A stretch of DNA of 63,992 nucleotides, counting the filler, from Acetivibrio sp. (GTDB lineage Bacteria; Bacillota; Clostridia; Acetivibrionales; Acetivibrionaceae): the NCBI RefSeq assembly GCF_035371925.1. It is 11 parts of 11 records of this genome, joined end to end, with 100 filler letters (N's around TTAATTAATTAA, not from the genome) between each part and the next. Parts side by side here need not be neighbours in the genome. Positions count along the whole stretch, not along the records: positions 50,289 to 55,815 come from NZ_DAORXT010000133.1; positions 55,916 to 61,272 come from NZ_DAORXT010000134.1; positions 61,373 to 63,992 come from NZ_DAORXT010000167.1; 8 more parts are not named here. One strand, 5' to 3'. Positions 51,157 through 61,430 of the stretch are shown piece after piece (positions within the stretch are counted from its first letter, which is position 1; the number at the start of each line of letters is the position of its first letter). A program made the translations under genes and the position numbers. The notes under the pieces are model-generated. The model was not told the DNA's origin. It was given only the letters and a program-made list of their open reading frames with translations, and did not search any database.

Positions 51157-53016
51157 ATGAAAAAAAGCAATGTATTATCTGTAGCAGCAATAATAATGCT
51201 ACTTCTAACCAGCTTACTCACAAACATAACTTATGCAGAAACTTCAAGCATAGCTATGGAGCTTGACAAGACAAAAGCAAACGTAGGCGACATAATTGTA
51301 GCCACAATAAAAATAAACAATATCAATAACTTCTGCGGATATCAGATAAACATAAAATATGATCCATCAATTCTGCAGGCTGTCAATCTTTTGACAGGGG
51401 AACCGATATCAAATTTTGAAATGCCGGCAGTAGACGGCACGTTATTAATTGATGATGAATACACACCTATAGATGCGACTAAAAATGATGTTGACGCAGG
51501 GATTCTAAACTTTGGCAAAGCATATGCGGCTGCAAAGCAATACAGAGAAAGCGGAAAACCTGAAACAACTGGAATCATCGGCAAGATAGGGTTCAAAGCT
51601 TTAAAAACAGGAAACACAAGCATTGGATTTGAAGACACAAACGTTTTGCCTGACGGAATAAAAGGAACAAACTTGTTTGACTGGCACACGCAAATTATAA
51701 GAGGTTACGAGGTAGTTCAACCTAAGATGTTGACAATAGTTGACCCTACGCAAACGCCTACCCAGACACCGGTTGCTACACCTTCAAGTACACCTTCCAA
51801 CATACCGGATGTAACATTGCCAAAAGATGCTCATATTGCCTTGGAACTTGATAAAACGAAAGTAAAAGTAGGAGATGTGATTGTTGCTACGGTAAAAGCA
51901 AACAATCTTGTCAACCTTGCAGGATTCCAAGTAAATATCAAATATGATCCCAATGTATTGCAAGCAGTTGACCCTGTAACTGGTAAAGCTTTTACAAATA
52001 CAACAGGACTCGTAGGATCGGAGCTTATAACGAATAAAAAGTATAATCCGTTGAAAATTGCAACAAATGAAATAAATTCCGGTGTAATAAATTATTCCAG
52101 TATATATACGGAGTTGGAAGCCTATAGAGGTTCCGGAGCGGCTGAAAAAACCGGAATAATTGGAAAGGTTGGCTTTAAAGTGCTTAAAGCTGCCGATACA
52201 ACGGTAAAATTTGAAGAGCCGGAATCCATGCCAAACTCGGTGGAAGGTACTTACGCCCTTGATTGGTACATGAAAACCATGAAAGGATATGAAGTAATAC
52301 AACCCGGTAAAATAACTGTGACTAAAAAACCTCAGCCAACTGAAATAAAACAGCCTGATGAAGAAATACCGGCTGCTGTGGGAGAACACTATTCATATTT
52401 GACAGGATATCCGGACAAATTGTTCAGACCTGAAAAGAGTATTACAAGGGCTGAAGCGGCAGTGATTTTTGCGAAACTTATGGGAGCCAATGAAAACACA
52501 AAGATTGATTATAGTATTTCATATAACGACCTGGATAGCTCTCACTGGGCATATTGGGCAATCAAATTTGTATCATACAAAAAGTTGTTTACCGGCTACC
52601 CTGATGGCTCGTTCAAGCCCAATCAAAATATAACAAGAGCGGAGTTTTCAACTGCTGTGTTTAAACTCCTTGTATCCGAAAAAGGGCTTGAAGAAAAAGA
52701 GATCGAAAAGTTCAAGTTTGATGACGTGAAAGGTCATTGGGCACAGAAATTTATTGAGCAGTTATCCGATCTCGGCTACATCAACGGATATCCGGACGGA
52801 ACATTTAAGCCTAATAACAATATCAAACGTTCTGAAAGCGTTGCAATGATAAACAGGGCTATGGGAAGAGGACCTTTGCATGATGCACCTCAGACATTCG
52901 ATGACGTTCCGCAAACCCATTGGGCGTTCAAGGATATTGCAGAGGGCGTGCTCAACCACAAATACAAGCTCGATCAAGAAGGAAAAGAGTATTTGTTGGA
53001 GGTAATTGAAAAATAA
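51157..53016 (+). CDS. Cell-surface anchoring scaffoldin with 2 type II cohesins and 3 SLH (Orf2p-like)
   Basis: Two repeats of ELDKTK..VGD.IVAT...GYQ.NIKYDP; three SLH GYPD repeats; position between OlpB-like and OlpA-like genes. Confidence 0.9.
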   Translation: MKKSNVLSVAAIIMLLLTSLLTNITYAETSSIAMELDKTKANVGDIIVATIKINNINNFCGYQINIKYDPSILQAVNLLTGEPISNFEMPAVDGTLLIDDEYTPIDATKNDVDAGILNFGKAYAAAKQYRESGKPETTGIIGKIGFKALKTGNTSIGFEDTNVLPDGIKGTNLFDWHTQIIRGYEVVQPKMLTIVDPTQTPTQTPVATPSSTPSNIPDVTLPKDAHIALELDKTKVKVGDVIVATVKANNLVNLAGFQVNIKYDPNVLQAVDPVTGKAFTNTTGLVGSELITNKKYNPLKIATNEINSGVINYSSIYTELEAYRGSGAAEKTGIIGKVGFKVLKAADTTVKFEEPESMPNSVEGTYALDWYMKTMKGYEVIQPGKITVTKKPQPTEIKQPDEEIPAAVGEHYSYLTGYPDKLFRPEKSITRAEAAVIFAKLMGANENTKIDYSISYNDLDSSHWAYWAIKFVSYKKLFTGYPDGSFKPNQNITRAEFSTAVFKLLVSEKGLEEKEIEKFKFDDVKGHWAQKFIEQLSDLGYINGYPDGTFKPNNNIKRSESVAMINRAMGRGPLHDAPQTFDDVPQTHWAFKDIAEGVLNHKYKLDQEGKEYLLEVIEK

Positions 53017-53069
53017 AAATATACCAATCTATATTGTAAAATAGTGGATTATTTTGGGGAGGAAGAAGT

Positions 53070-54395
53070 ATGAAAAAAATAAAAAGAATTTTATCAATGC
53101 TGACAATTGTGGCTATAATTGCAGCTATTAATATGTGTGCATTTGTTTCGTTTGCTGCATCCGATGCATTTCAGATAACTATTGGGAATGTTAAGGCAAA
53201 ACCCGGTGAGAGAGTTGAGGTACCGGTAAGCATCAAAAATGTTCCTTCTTTAGGAGTGGCGAATATTGACTTTACATTTGGTTATGATTCAGACCTGTTT
53301 AAGGTAATAGAATTAAAGCCCGGAAGTATAGTTGAAAACCCTTCAAAAAGCTTTGATTACAATATTGTAGAAGATGATGAAATTGTTGCAATAATATTTG
53401 CGGAAGATAGCGGACGTGGTACTGAAGCGATAAAACAGGACGGAGTATTATTTACAATAGTTATGGAAGTAAACAAAGATGCAAAGCCCGGAACAGTTCC
53501 AATAAAATTTACGAGCTTTGGAAGTGCTGCAGACAATAATCTGGAAGATTTAAATACTGAACGCATAGATGGCCAGTTGGAAATCATTCAGGAGTCCGCT
53601 CCGGTGCCAACGTCTGCACCGAGCTCCGGTGATTCCGGTACAGGTTCTTCAGGAGGAACTCAGCCATCTACTACACCGAAGGTGACGGAACAACCTACAA
53701 CTACACCAAAGACGACAGAACAACCTATTGAAGAGATACCTCATGGCGGTTCTACATCAAGCAGACACACACCTTTCCTTAGAGGATATCCGGGAGGATT
53801 GTTCAAGCCTGAGAATAATATTACAAGAGCGGAGGCAGCAGTTATCTTTGCAAAACTTTTGGGTGCTGATGAAAACAGTGCTGGAAAGAATTCCTCTGTT
53901 ACCTTTAAAGACCTGAAAGACAACCACTGGGCCGCATGGGCTATAAAATATGTTACTGAGGAGGAACTGTTCGGAGGATATCCGGATGGAACCTTCATGC
54001 CGGACAAGAGCATAACAAGAGCTGAGTTTGCGACCGTAACATACAAATTCCTTCAAAAGCTCGGAAAGATCGAAGAGGGATCTAATGCTGGAATTCAATT
54101 GAAAGACATTCAAGGCCACTGGGCTCAAAAGTATATTGAGACATTGGTTGCCAAAGGTTATATAAAAGGTTATCCGGATGAGACCTTCAGACCTCAGGCT
54201 AGCATTAAGAGATCGGAATCTGTAGCATTAATCAACAGGTCCCTTGAAAGAGGTCCTCTTAACGGTGCAGTACTCGAATTTACAGATGTACCTCAAAACT
54301 ACTGGGCATACAAGGATATAGCTGAAGGAGTAATCTACCACAGTTATATAATTGATGAAAATGGACAAGAAGTAATGGTTGAGAAACTGGATTAA
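53070..54395 (+). CDS. olpA: Type I cohesin - Gly/Ser/Thr linker - 3 SLH outer-layer protein
   Basis: GNVKAKPGERVEVPVS cohesin; SLH region nearly identical to C. thermocellum OlpA as recalled. Confidence 0.88.
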   Translation: MKKIKRILSMLTIVAIIAAINMCAFVSFAASDAFQITIGNVKAKPGERVEVPVSIKNVPSLGVANIDFTFGYDSDLFKVIELKPGSIVENPSKSFDYNIVEDDEIVAIIFAEDSGRGTEAIKQDGVLFTIVMEVNKDAKPGTVPIKFTSFGSAADNNLEDLNTERIDGQLEIIQESAPVPTSAPSSGDSGTGSSGGTQPSTTPKVTEQPTTTPKTTEQPIEEIPHGGSTSSRHTPFLRGYPGGLFKPENNITRAEAAVIFAKLLGADENSAGKNSSVTFKDLKDNHWAAWAIKYVTEEELFGGYPDGTFMPDKSITRAEFATVTYKFLQKLGKIEEGSNAGIQLKDIQGHWAQKYIETLVAKGYIKGYPDETFRPQASIKRSESVALINRSLERGPLNGAVLEFTDVPQNYWAYKDIAEGVIYHSYIIDENGQEVMVEKLD

Positions 54396-54421
54396 TTCTT
54401 GGTTCAACTAACAAAAAAGTG

Positions 54422-54453
54422 GCTCAGAAAGCTAAATGCTTTCTGAGCTTTTT
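54422..54453. terminator. Terminator after olpA
   Basis: GCTCAGAAAGC / GCTTTCTGAGC plus T run. Confidence 0.85.
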
Positions 54454-54498
54454 AAGTTTCACCGGGTTATATTGTGAAATGGAGGTATGTAAGCTTAA

Positions 54499-55341
54499 TT
54501 AATATTCTTCAAGTTTTTCATGGTTCTTGTTAAAGTCCTTGTTGTCAAAATAATTTGTCTTAAGAGTAGAGCCAAAGGTGGAATCAACATTAATCCATCG
54601 CTTTTCTTCGGAAATATATATTTCATTCCAAGCGTGAAGTTCGTTGCCATAGGAACCTATGAAGTTACCTTTAACCATTTTTACCTGCAGTCCCGATGCC
54701 CGGCCCAATGCCGCAACTAGAGCAGAGTAGTCGTAGCATACGCCTTTTTTTGTTTCAAGGGTGTTGACGGCACCATAAATATTGTCATAGTTTTTATTGA
54801 CTTGTTTTAGGTACTTTTCATAATCATATTTAATATTCTTGACAACCCAATTGTAAATTTTTTGAGCCTTTTCCCTGTCGGTTTTTGCGTCTTTGGTTAA
54901 TTTTTTTGCCAAAGCAATAATTTGTTCATTGTTGCTTTCAACATGAAGTGTAGGTACTGTGAACCTGTTGACATCAACAGTGTTTTCAACGTACACTGTC
55001 GGTCCAAAGGTATATACTCTATCTTTCTTATGAACCAAGACTGAAACTTGGTACTTGCCTATACCATCAATAAGCCAGATTTCTTCATTGAATTTGCCGT
55101 CAGTAAGCTTGACATCATACCAGCGCTGAACTTCGTCTTTGATAATAAGTATCTTGATTAAAGTGCTGCCGGTTTCACCTGTTATTGTTACTTTTCCTTC
55201 AACTGAAGAGGGGATATTTTGGATGGTAACTCCATTTGACGTTATGTACCCGTAATTTGCAGTGGTTTGGGCAAATCCAATGCCTGAAACGAGGGTAATG
55301 GTTAAAATGAGCACAACAATACTACTTACTATTCTCTTCAT
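54499..55341 (-). CDS. Secreted transglutaminase-like protein
   Basis: Signal peptide; GVCYDYS, HAWNE, WINVDST (Cys-His-Asp triad). Confidence 0.9.
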   Translation of the reverse strand: MKRIVSSIVVLILTITLVSGIGFAQTTANYGYITSNGVTIQNIPSSVEGKVTITGETGSTLIKILIIKDEVQRWYDVKLTDGKFNEEIWLIDGIGKYQVSVLVHKKDRVYTFGPTVYVENTVDVNRFTVPTLHVESNNEQIIALAKKLTKDAKTDREKAQKIYNWVVKNIKYDYEKYLKQVNKNYDNIYGAVNTLETKKGVCYDYSALVAALGRASGLQVKMVKGNFIGSYGNELHAWNEIYISEEKRWINVDSTFGSTLKTNYFDNKDFNKNHEKLEEY

Positions 55342-55357
55342 AAATAATTCCTCCCTT

Positions 55358-55443
55358 TTTCGGTAACTCAGCCATCATGGTTTGGATTAACAAACCGAAG
55401 ACCTGTAGCTTTGCGTCCTCAATTTTCATTGAGTTTGCCTTTG
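55358..55443 (-). ncRNA. c-di-GMP-I riboswitch, downstream copy abutting the RBS
   Basis: AAAGGCAAACTCAAT-GAAA-ATTGAG-GACGCAAAGCTACAGGTCT...ATGATGGCTGAGTTACCG. Confidence 0.85.
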
Positions 55444-55530
55444 TCGAAAGGGCCAAAGATGTTTACTTTCAGTATGCAGCAAAGAAGTAAATAATACTGC
55501 GGGAAAAAAGCCGGTGCGAAAGTAAACAAT

Positions 55531-55572
55531 GAGCAAAAATAAAGCTCTGAATGGGTATACCAAACAGAGCTA
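55531..55572 (-). terminator. Intrinsic terminator between the two riboswitches
   Basis: Minus strand AGCTCTG...CAGAGCT then TTATTTTT. Confidence 0.65.
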
Positions 55573-55593
55573 TTAAGATCTAAGATCTCATAA

Positions 55594-55678
55594 CTTTTGG
55601 CAACCCGACCGTCATAGTGTTTCCACCTTAGACTCGTTGGCTTTGCGTCTCTATCTTTCGATAGATTTGCCTTTTACA
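55594..55678 (-). ncRNA. c-di-GMP-I riboswitch, upstream copy
   Basis: AAAGGCAAATCTATC-GAAA-GATAGA-GACGCAAAGCCAACGAGTCTAAG...ATGACGGTCGGGTTGCC. Confidence 0.9.
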
Positions 55679-55709
55679 AAAGTACAATATTCAATTGTCC
55701 TTTACTTTA

Positions 55710-55738
55710 ATTATACAACAAAGCATATATGATTTCAA
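55710..55738 (-). promoter_or_regulatory. SigA-type promoter of the riboswitch leader
   Basis: TTGAAA-17 bp-TATAAT on minus strand. Confidence 0.75.
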
Positions 55739-55764
55739 TAATTTTTTATAAATTATGGAGATTT

Positions 55765-55815
55765 TTTAAATTGCAAGTTTAATTGCCTTACAAAATCTTA
55801 CAGAACCCTGTTTTA
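55765..55815. mobile_element. Repeated-element (IS30-like) terminus, copy 2
   Basis: Reverse complement of 20032-20082. Confidence 0.75.
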
Positions 55816-55915
55816 NNNNNNNNNNNNNNNNNNNNNNNNNNNNNNNNNNNNNNNNNNNNTTAATTAATTAANNNNNNNNNNNNNNNNNNNNNNNNNNNNN
55901 NNNNNNNNNNNNNNN
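55816..55915. other. Artificial contig linker
   Basis: N44-TTAATTAATTAA-N44. Confidence 0.99.
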
Positions 55916-56003
55916 ACATCAATACTACACTCTCAACATTGCTTAAGTTGATGGAATTGATGTCTGCGGGGCATTTTTTATAATATCTGTTCTACAAAAC
56001 ATG

Positions 56004-56546
56004 TCAACGTTGCAATTCTTCTATTGTTTCGTCACACCAGCGTATGACAGCTTCACCGGATATGATTCCCCTTCTAAGAATTGCTTTCATAAAACAGGCT
56101 CGCTCTTTCGATATGTCCTGGTTATCCTGCTCCAGATTCTTTTGCATTTCAAGATACTTATCCAAATTCTTTTCATGGAGTTTTCTATAATTCTTTAGCA
56201 TATTGATAACTCTCTCCTTCGGCTGGCTGCTGGAAAACAATAATTTTAGCAAAAATTCGGAACGCATCGGCTGCGGAATAGTTTCTTCCAAAAGCCATGC
56301 CTCAAGCTCCTGCCTTCCCTTTTCAGTTATTCCATACTTTATTTTCTTTTGGTTTTTTTCTGTAGAAACGATTTCAATCAATCCATCCTTAAGCATCATT
56401 TTCAATGTTGGATAAATATGTCCGAAATTTTCATTCCAAAACCCGGAGAGCACCTTGTCACTGTACTTTTTTATGTCATAGCCGCTGCTTGGTGACAGAC
56501 TTAGAATACCTAAAATAGCATATATGGATTTATTCTTTAATGCCAT
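56004..56546 (-). CDS. PadR-family transcriptional regulator
   Basis: ILGILSLSPSSGYDIKK, GHIYPTL, YGITEKGRQELEAWL. Confidence 0.92.
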   Translation of the reverse strand: MALKNKSIYAILGILSLSPSSGYDIKKYSDKVLSGFWNENFGHIYPTLKMMLKDGLIEIVSTEKNQKKIKYGITEKGRQELEAWLLEETIPQPMRSEFLLKLLFSSSQPKERVINMLKNYRKLHEKNLDKYLEMQKNLEQDNQDISKERACFMKAILRRGIISGEAVIRWCDETIEELQR

Positions 56547-56548
56547 TC

Positions 56549-57735
56549 TTATTTTCTCCCCTTCCAAGTGTCAACAAATTTTTCAAGTTTCAATATTGTC
56601 TGTTCAAACTCAGTCAAATTCCTTATTTCCCGAGAAATTTTCATGCAGTTTTCCTTGATTTTTCTATTCATTATAAGGGCTTCTGTCTTGAATCTCAATA
56701 TATCTGGTGACAATTCCTTTATGCTTTCTGTCATTCCCAGCTCCATAGAAACAAGACGCTGGGCCACTTTATGCTGGTCATTGACCTGAGGTAATGCAAG
56801 CATAGGAACTCCAAAGTATAGAGCTTCGTTCACACTGTTAAAACCTGCATGAGTAATAAATACATCAGCCCGCTTTAAAATCTCCAGCTGCAGAAGAAAA
56901 CTCTTTACCAGGAAATTCTGCGGTATTTCCCCTAATTGTGAGGCTTCACACTTCTTTCCGATGGATACGCATACATAATAATCCGTATTGCGAAATGCCG
57001 AGATACATGTCTTATAAAAATCTAAAAAATCTGTATTCACACTTCCAAGCGATATATATATAAGCTTTCTGTCTCCTATCACGGAAAGGTCTAAATTGTC
57101 TACTTCCTGTAGCCGGTCGATGGACGGACCGACAAATAAATAGTCCGGCTCATGTACCCCGTCATCTCCGTTAAAATCCTGAGTGGTGTATACGATATTT
57201 AAATCTCCTTTACTTGTAAAGACCTGTTCTAATGAAGGTTCCTCAATATTATAGCTTTCACAGATTCGCTTTAATATCCGATAGCAATAATCCAATTGGG
57301 GATGGGAGCCCGGCATAAGCATTCGTTCCGGCACCGGTGCTTTACTCATAGCAAAAGAAGAGTGGGAACACACAACCGGAACATTAACAATCTGTTTTAA
57401 AAAACATGCTCCTCCGAAATAAGAATCACAAATAATCATATTATACTGACTTTCTTCTACAATACCTAATATCTCCGGCAGCACTGCTTCATCATATAAA
57501 AGCATGTACTCCATCAACATAAAAAACGGATGTCTGTCGGCCGGTATTCTTTCAGAAATAAATCCATCTTGTTACCAAATCCAATCCATTTTGCCCCCAT
57601 CTTTGCTACCTGTTCCGAAAAGGATGCAGAACAAAAATAGCTGACCTGATTTCCTTTCTCTGTAAATTTCTTAACTAATCCAAGCGTAGGGTTAATATGC
57701 CCATGCAAGTTTGCATTTACAAATAAAATATTCAT
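56549..57735 (-). pseudogene. MGT-family (GT1) UDP-glycosyltransferase split by a frameshift near 57530
   Basis: HGHINPTL N-terminus; PSPG-like FITHAGFNSVNEAL and PQVNDQ; frames join at YRPTD/HPFFML. Confidence 0.8.
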
Positions 57736-58023
57736 TTTCCTTCTCCTTATATCACCCTGATATAGTCATATAATATATCACTCTGATATAGTTGTCAATA
57801 TGCTTTCGATATCAGCTAAATTAAAATGATTAATTCCATGTGATTTCAACATTGCAAAATCAAGTGAACATTTTTACCTTCTTCTGTTATTTAACAGATG
57901 TACTTAATTACTGAGTAGAGTGCCTGTTGATATTGCTCCAATGAATAATTGATACCTAATAAGTGGATAATAACGTTATGCGAATAATAACTTCAGAACG
58001 GAAAAGGACGTGTTATACTATTT

Positions 58024-59319
58024 ATGGAAAGAATTTTGCAAACAAGATTGCAGGAGAAACTAGACCAATTAAAGGATTCCACCAAACCAGAGCCCATACG
58101 CTCAGATGGCTGTGGTGCACTAGATCTTGGCCCAAGGAATATCAATCGCGATAAAGAAAATCCTGATATGCTGGTTCCGCCGGCTACAGATAAAGGTCTC
58201 ATCCCAAACCTGAAATTTTCGTTTTCAGATACAAATATGATTCTAAGACCAGGTGGTTGGTCCAGAGAAATCACCAAGCGGGAGCTCCCTATCTCTGACA
58301 CATTTGCCATTGTAAACATGAATCTTTCCCCAGGTGTAAGAGAAATGCACACCCACCAGCAATCAGAGTGGGGATTCGTTCTGGTAGGAGGCTGCCGTAT
58401 TACTGCTGTAGATGAAATGGGAAGAAACTTTGTAGCCGATGTTTATCCGGGCGAAGGCTGGATTTTTCCCAAAAATATTCCTCACAGCATCCAAGGTCTC
58501 CATGAGGGCTGTGAGTTTTTAATGTTCTTTGATAAAGGAGATTACTCAGAGCACAATACCTTCTCTATTTCAGAATTGTTTGCCCATATGCCTATGGATG
58601 TTTTATCGGCAAACTTCGGAGTGCCGGAAGAAACCTTTAAAAGCATTCCTAAAAAAGAGGTATATATTACAGACGGTGGCGACCCCGGAACCTTGGAGTC
58701 ACAGACTGTAGATTCTCCTACAGGGAAGGTTCCTCTTTCATACAAGCATGAACTTTGCAAGGTGCAGCCAATCAAAGGCGACGGAGGAACCATACAAATT
58801 CTTGACAGTCACAATTTTCCTGCTTGCAAAACTGTAGCAGCAGCTCTCGTAACAGTAGAACCAGGTGCTATGAGAGAGATACATTGGCATACCAATCAGG
58901 ACGAATTCCAATATTATATTAGGGGCAGAGCAAGAATGACAGTATTTATGCCCGGTCCCAAAGCCCGTACTTTTAATTATGGTCCCGGAGATGTAGGCTA
59001 TGTCCCGGTAGGCGGCTTCCATTATGTACAGAACATTGGCGATGAGCCTCTGCAATTTCTTGAAGTCTTTAACAGCAGTCATTTTGCTGATGTATCACTT
59101 GCTCAATGGCTCGCCATGACTCCACGTGAAGTGGTGAAATCAGTATTAAACCTTCCTGATGAGTTCCTTGATAATTTACGCAAAGAACGCAATCCTGTGG
59201 TGAAATACAAAGGCTTTGAATTTCCGCCTGCCAAAAACACACCACAGAACGTGTGCTACTTTAAGGATTTTGATTTCAAAGCACCGGCTGATCCAGACGA
59301 CAAAAACTATTCTGTCTGA
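58024..59319 (+). CDS. Oxalate decarboxylase-family bicupin
   Basis: [25 protein letters not shown] and [11 protein letters not shown]n-binding cupin motifs, lid SEHNTF. Confidence 0.88.
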   Translation: MERILQTRLQEKLDQLKDSTKPEPIRSDGCGALDLGPRNINRDKENPDMLVPPATDKGLIPNLKFSFSDTNMILRPGGWSREITKRELPISDTFAIVNMNLSPGVREMHTHQQSEWGFVLVGGCRITAVDEMGRNFVADVYPGEGWIFPKNIPHSIQGLHEGCEFLMFFDKGDYSEHNTFSISELFAHMPMDVLSANFGVPEETFKSIPKKEVYITDGGDPGTLESQTVDSPTGKVPLSYKHELCKVQPIKGDGGTIQILDSHNFPACKTVAAALVTVEPGAMREIHWHTNQDEFQYYIRGRARMTVFMPGPKARTFNYGPGDVGYVPVGGFHYVQNIGDEPLQFLEVFNSSHFADVSLAQWLAMTPREVVKSVLNLPDEFLDNLRKERNPVVKYKGFEFPPAKNTPQNVCYFKDFDFKAPADPDDKNYSV

Positions 59320-59366
59320 ATTACTGCCCGCTAAATAATCTTTTAAAAATAGTCATGAATTGCTAT

Positions 59367-59413
59367 ACACCTCCAAATGATAAATGCTATTCTAACATTG
59401 GGAGGTGTTTTTT
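59367..59413. terminator. Bidirectional terminator
   Basis: ACACCTCC.AATG / CATTGGGAGGTGT plus T run. Confidence 0.7.
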
Positions 59414-59447
59414 GATAATAAGAAAATAACGGAGCTTATATATAGAA

Positions 59448-59876
59448 TCAATCTTTCTTATTTATCCATTTCATAGCAAGTTCGGTTTCATTTGTATTAG
59501 TATCAATTTGTTCACCCTCGATAAAAAACCCTTCTCTTGTATAAAATCTAACTGCTCTTTCATTCTTTTTATAGACATGTAAAAAGAGTTCTTTATTTAT
59601 CCCCTTGATGTGATCTAATAAAGCCTTTCCAATTCCTTTTGATTGACTATTTGCTTCAACAAATATTCCTGCTATATAGTTTCCACTTAACCCTGTAAAT
59701 CCTTTAATGGAGTTTTCTTCATAAATATAAATTGTTGCCTTAGGCATCATTTCTCTTACTTTTTCATAGTTACTCCTCCAATATTTTTCATCAATAAAAT
59801 CATGTGCAGAAATATTAGTCTCAAGCCATAATTTCATTATACTGTCTAAGTCAGTTTCTTTAAATTTTCTAATCAT
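59448..59876 (-). CDS. GNAT-family acetyltransferase (YjaB-like)
   Basis: AHDFIDEKYW, QSKGIGKALL, NERAVRFY. Confidence 0.9.
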   Translation of the reverse strand: MIRKFKETDLDSIMKLWLETNISAHDFIDEKYWRSNYEKVREMMPKATIYIYEENSIKGFTGLSGNYIAGIFVEANSQSKGIGKALLDHIKGINKELFLHVYKKNERAVRFYTREGFFIEGEQIDTNTNETELAMKWINKKD

Positions 59877-59998
59877 TACAAAACCTCTCAATCTCAAAAA
59901 TTCGATTTACATTTCATTAGTGTATCTTCAATCTCAAGCTGCCATCGCCGGCACGAAATGCTGGCATGTTCCCGGGAACCTCAAAACACCTCATTTCT

Positions 59999-60535
59999 TT
60001 ATTGTGATATATGAAGGATAGTATAAATCACACCTTTTTCTGTTTTCACTTTTTCTAAATCATCAACAAAATAAAATACATGGTACTTCCATTTGTCCGG
60101 ATTATAAATAATTATATACTCTGCATCAATTTTCGGTATAGTGTCTTTGATGCTTTTCTTAAAGTTGTTCAAGCTTTCTTTCGGCTCTATTTCTCCTACA
60201 ACTTCAAATAAGAAGTTTGCGTCTTTGATTTTTTGCGTTGTCTCATCAATTAACAGGACTCCGATATTTACGTTCTGCCATCCAAATGATGTTAAAATAT
60301 TGTCATAAAACCCCTCAAACAAGAATTTATTTAATCCTTCACAATCTTTCCAAACATACAATGGAGAATAACTATTTTGCAAGTTATTATTTATCCCCTT
60401 TTCTGTGATTAAGTAAAGTTTGAACTTTAGACCATAAAATCCATCTGTTTTATATCCGTTGTCCTTTACTCTCTTTCTTATGATATCCATATCATAGTTG
60501 CTGGGTAATGTTATCTTGTATTGTGATGCAATCAT
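59999..60535 (-). CDS. DUF4865-like protein
   Basis: QYKITLPSNYDM, FYGLKFKLYL, YSPLYVW, IYNPDKW. Confidence 0.7.
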   Translation of the reverse strand: MIASQYKITLPSNYDMDIIRKRVKDNGYKTDGFYGLKFKLYLITEKGINNNLQNSYSPLYVWKDCEGLNKFLFEGFYDNILTSFGWQNVNIGVLLIDETTQKIKDANFLFEVVGEIEPKESLNNFKKSIKDTIPKIDAEYIIIYNPDKWKYHVFYFVDDLEKVKTEKGVIYTILHISQ

Positions 60536-60761
60536 AATTCCACTTCCTTTTATATATTTTAATATCCGGATGGTTCGGCTCACGAAGCGAAGTCAAAAAT
60601 CTTGCATCTTTCAATAAATGACTGCTATTATATGCCGAACTTAAATCCACCACTTGCAAAATATTATTTTTCCCCACAGATTTTATTTCTATTTTAATCT
60701 TAAAGAATTATCATGAAGTTGTAAATTAGCCATATCTCAAAAATACATGGTTCCAAAAACA

Positions 60762-60799
60762 AAACCGGCAGATGACCAAGTCCGATCATCTGCCGGTTT
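60762..60799 (-). terminator. Terminator after glutamine synthetase
   Basis: AAACCGGCAGATGA / TCATCTGCCGGTTT. Confidence 0.85.
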
Positions 60800-60880
60800 A
60801 CATACGCTATTTGATTTTACTTAGTTTATCCTCAACATTTAACGTAGAACCGAACTTTCATGCACAGTTCATCGTCTTTA

Positions 60881-61272
60881 TCAAACAACACCAAACAGGA
60901 GATCGCCGTAGGTGGGTATCGGCCACAAGCTTGCATCCACTATGGTTTCAAGCTTGTCGGCAGCAGCGCGCAATTCGTTCATAATCGGGATGATGACATC
61001 CTTATAAGCACGGGCATGCTCCAGCGAATCCCCTTCATGCGTATCAACTTCTTCTAACTTCGCACCTAGCGTGTCGATATATGTCTTCAAGCTAGACGTC
61101 AGTGAAACAAGCTTATCCAGCTCTTCCTTGACGAAGGAGGAATCCGCACCTGCCGCATTAAGGGAAGCAACGGTATCTGCAACCTTTCTGACATAAGCCA
61201 GCGATGCCGGGAGTATCTGCCTGCTTGCCATTTCAATCATGGTCAGGGCTTCTATGCGTATTGTCTTGATAT
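60881..61272 (-). CDS. Type III glutamine synthetase, C-terminal fragment
   Basis: MIEMASRQILPA, MNELRAAADKLE, WPIPTYGDLLF; frame runs into the gap. Confidence 0.85.
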
Positions 61273-61372
61273 NNNNNNNNNNNNNNNNNNNNNNNNNNNN
61301 NNNNNNNNNNNNNNNNTTAATTAATTAANNNNNNNNNNNNNNNNNNNNNNNNNNNNNNNNNNNNNNNNNNNN
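61273..61372. other. Artificial contig linker
   Basis: N44-TTAATTAATTAA-N44. Confidence 0.99.
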
Positions 61373-61413
61373 CGCAATTCCTCCACGTGGCTAAAGCCAG
61401 TGGCTTCCTTGCG
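61373..61413. mobile_element. IS200/IS605-family subterminal hairpin at contig start
   Basis: CGCAA-TTCCTCCAC(G)TGGCT-AA-AGCCAGTGG-CTTCC-TTGCG; GAAGCC..GCTTTAGC pattern on the minus strand. Confidence 0.7.
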
Positions 61414-61430
61414 TAAGAATTTGTGATTAT

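Noticed and set aside
40902..55678. Apparent c-di-GMP cluster (PilZ plus riboswitches) and Trk-to-cellulosome proximity
   Set aside because: The features lie on different contigs joined artificially
59930..59998. GC-rich palindromic patch between GNAT and DUF4865-like genes, considered as an integron attC site
   Set aside because: No R'/R'' core sites, no repeated copies and no integrase on the contig
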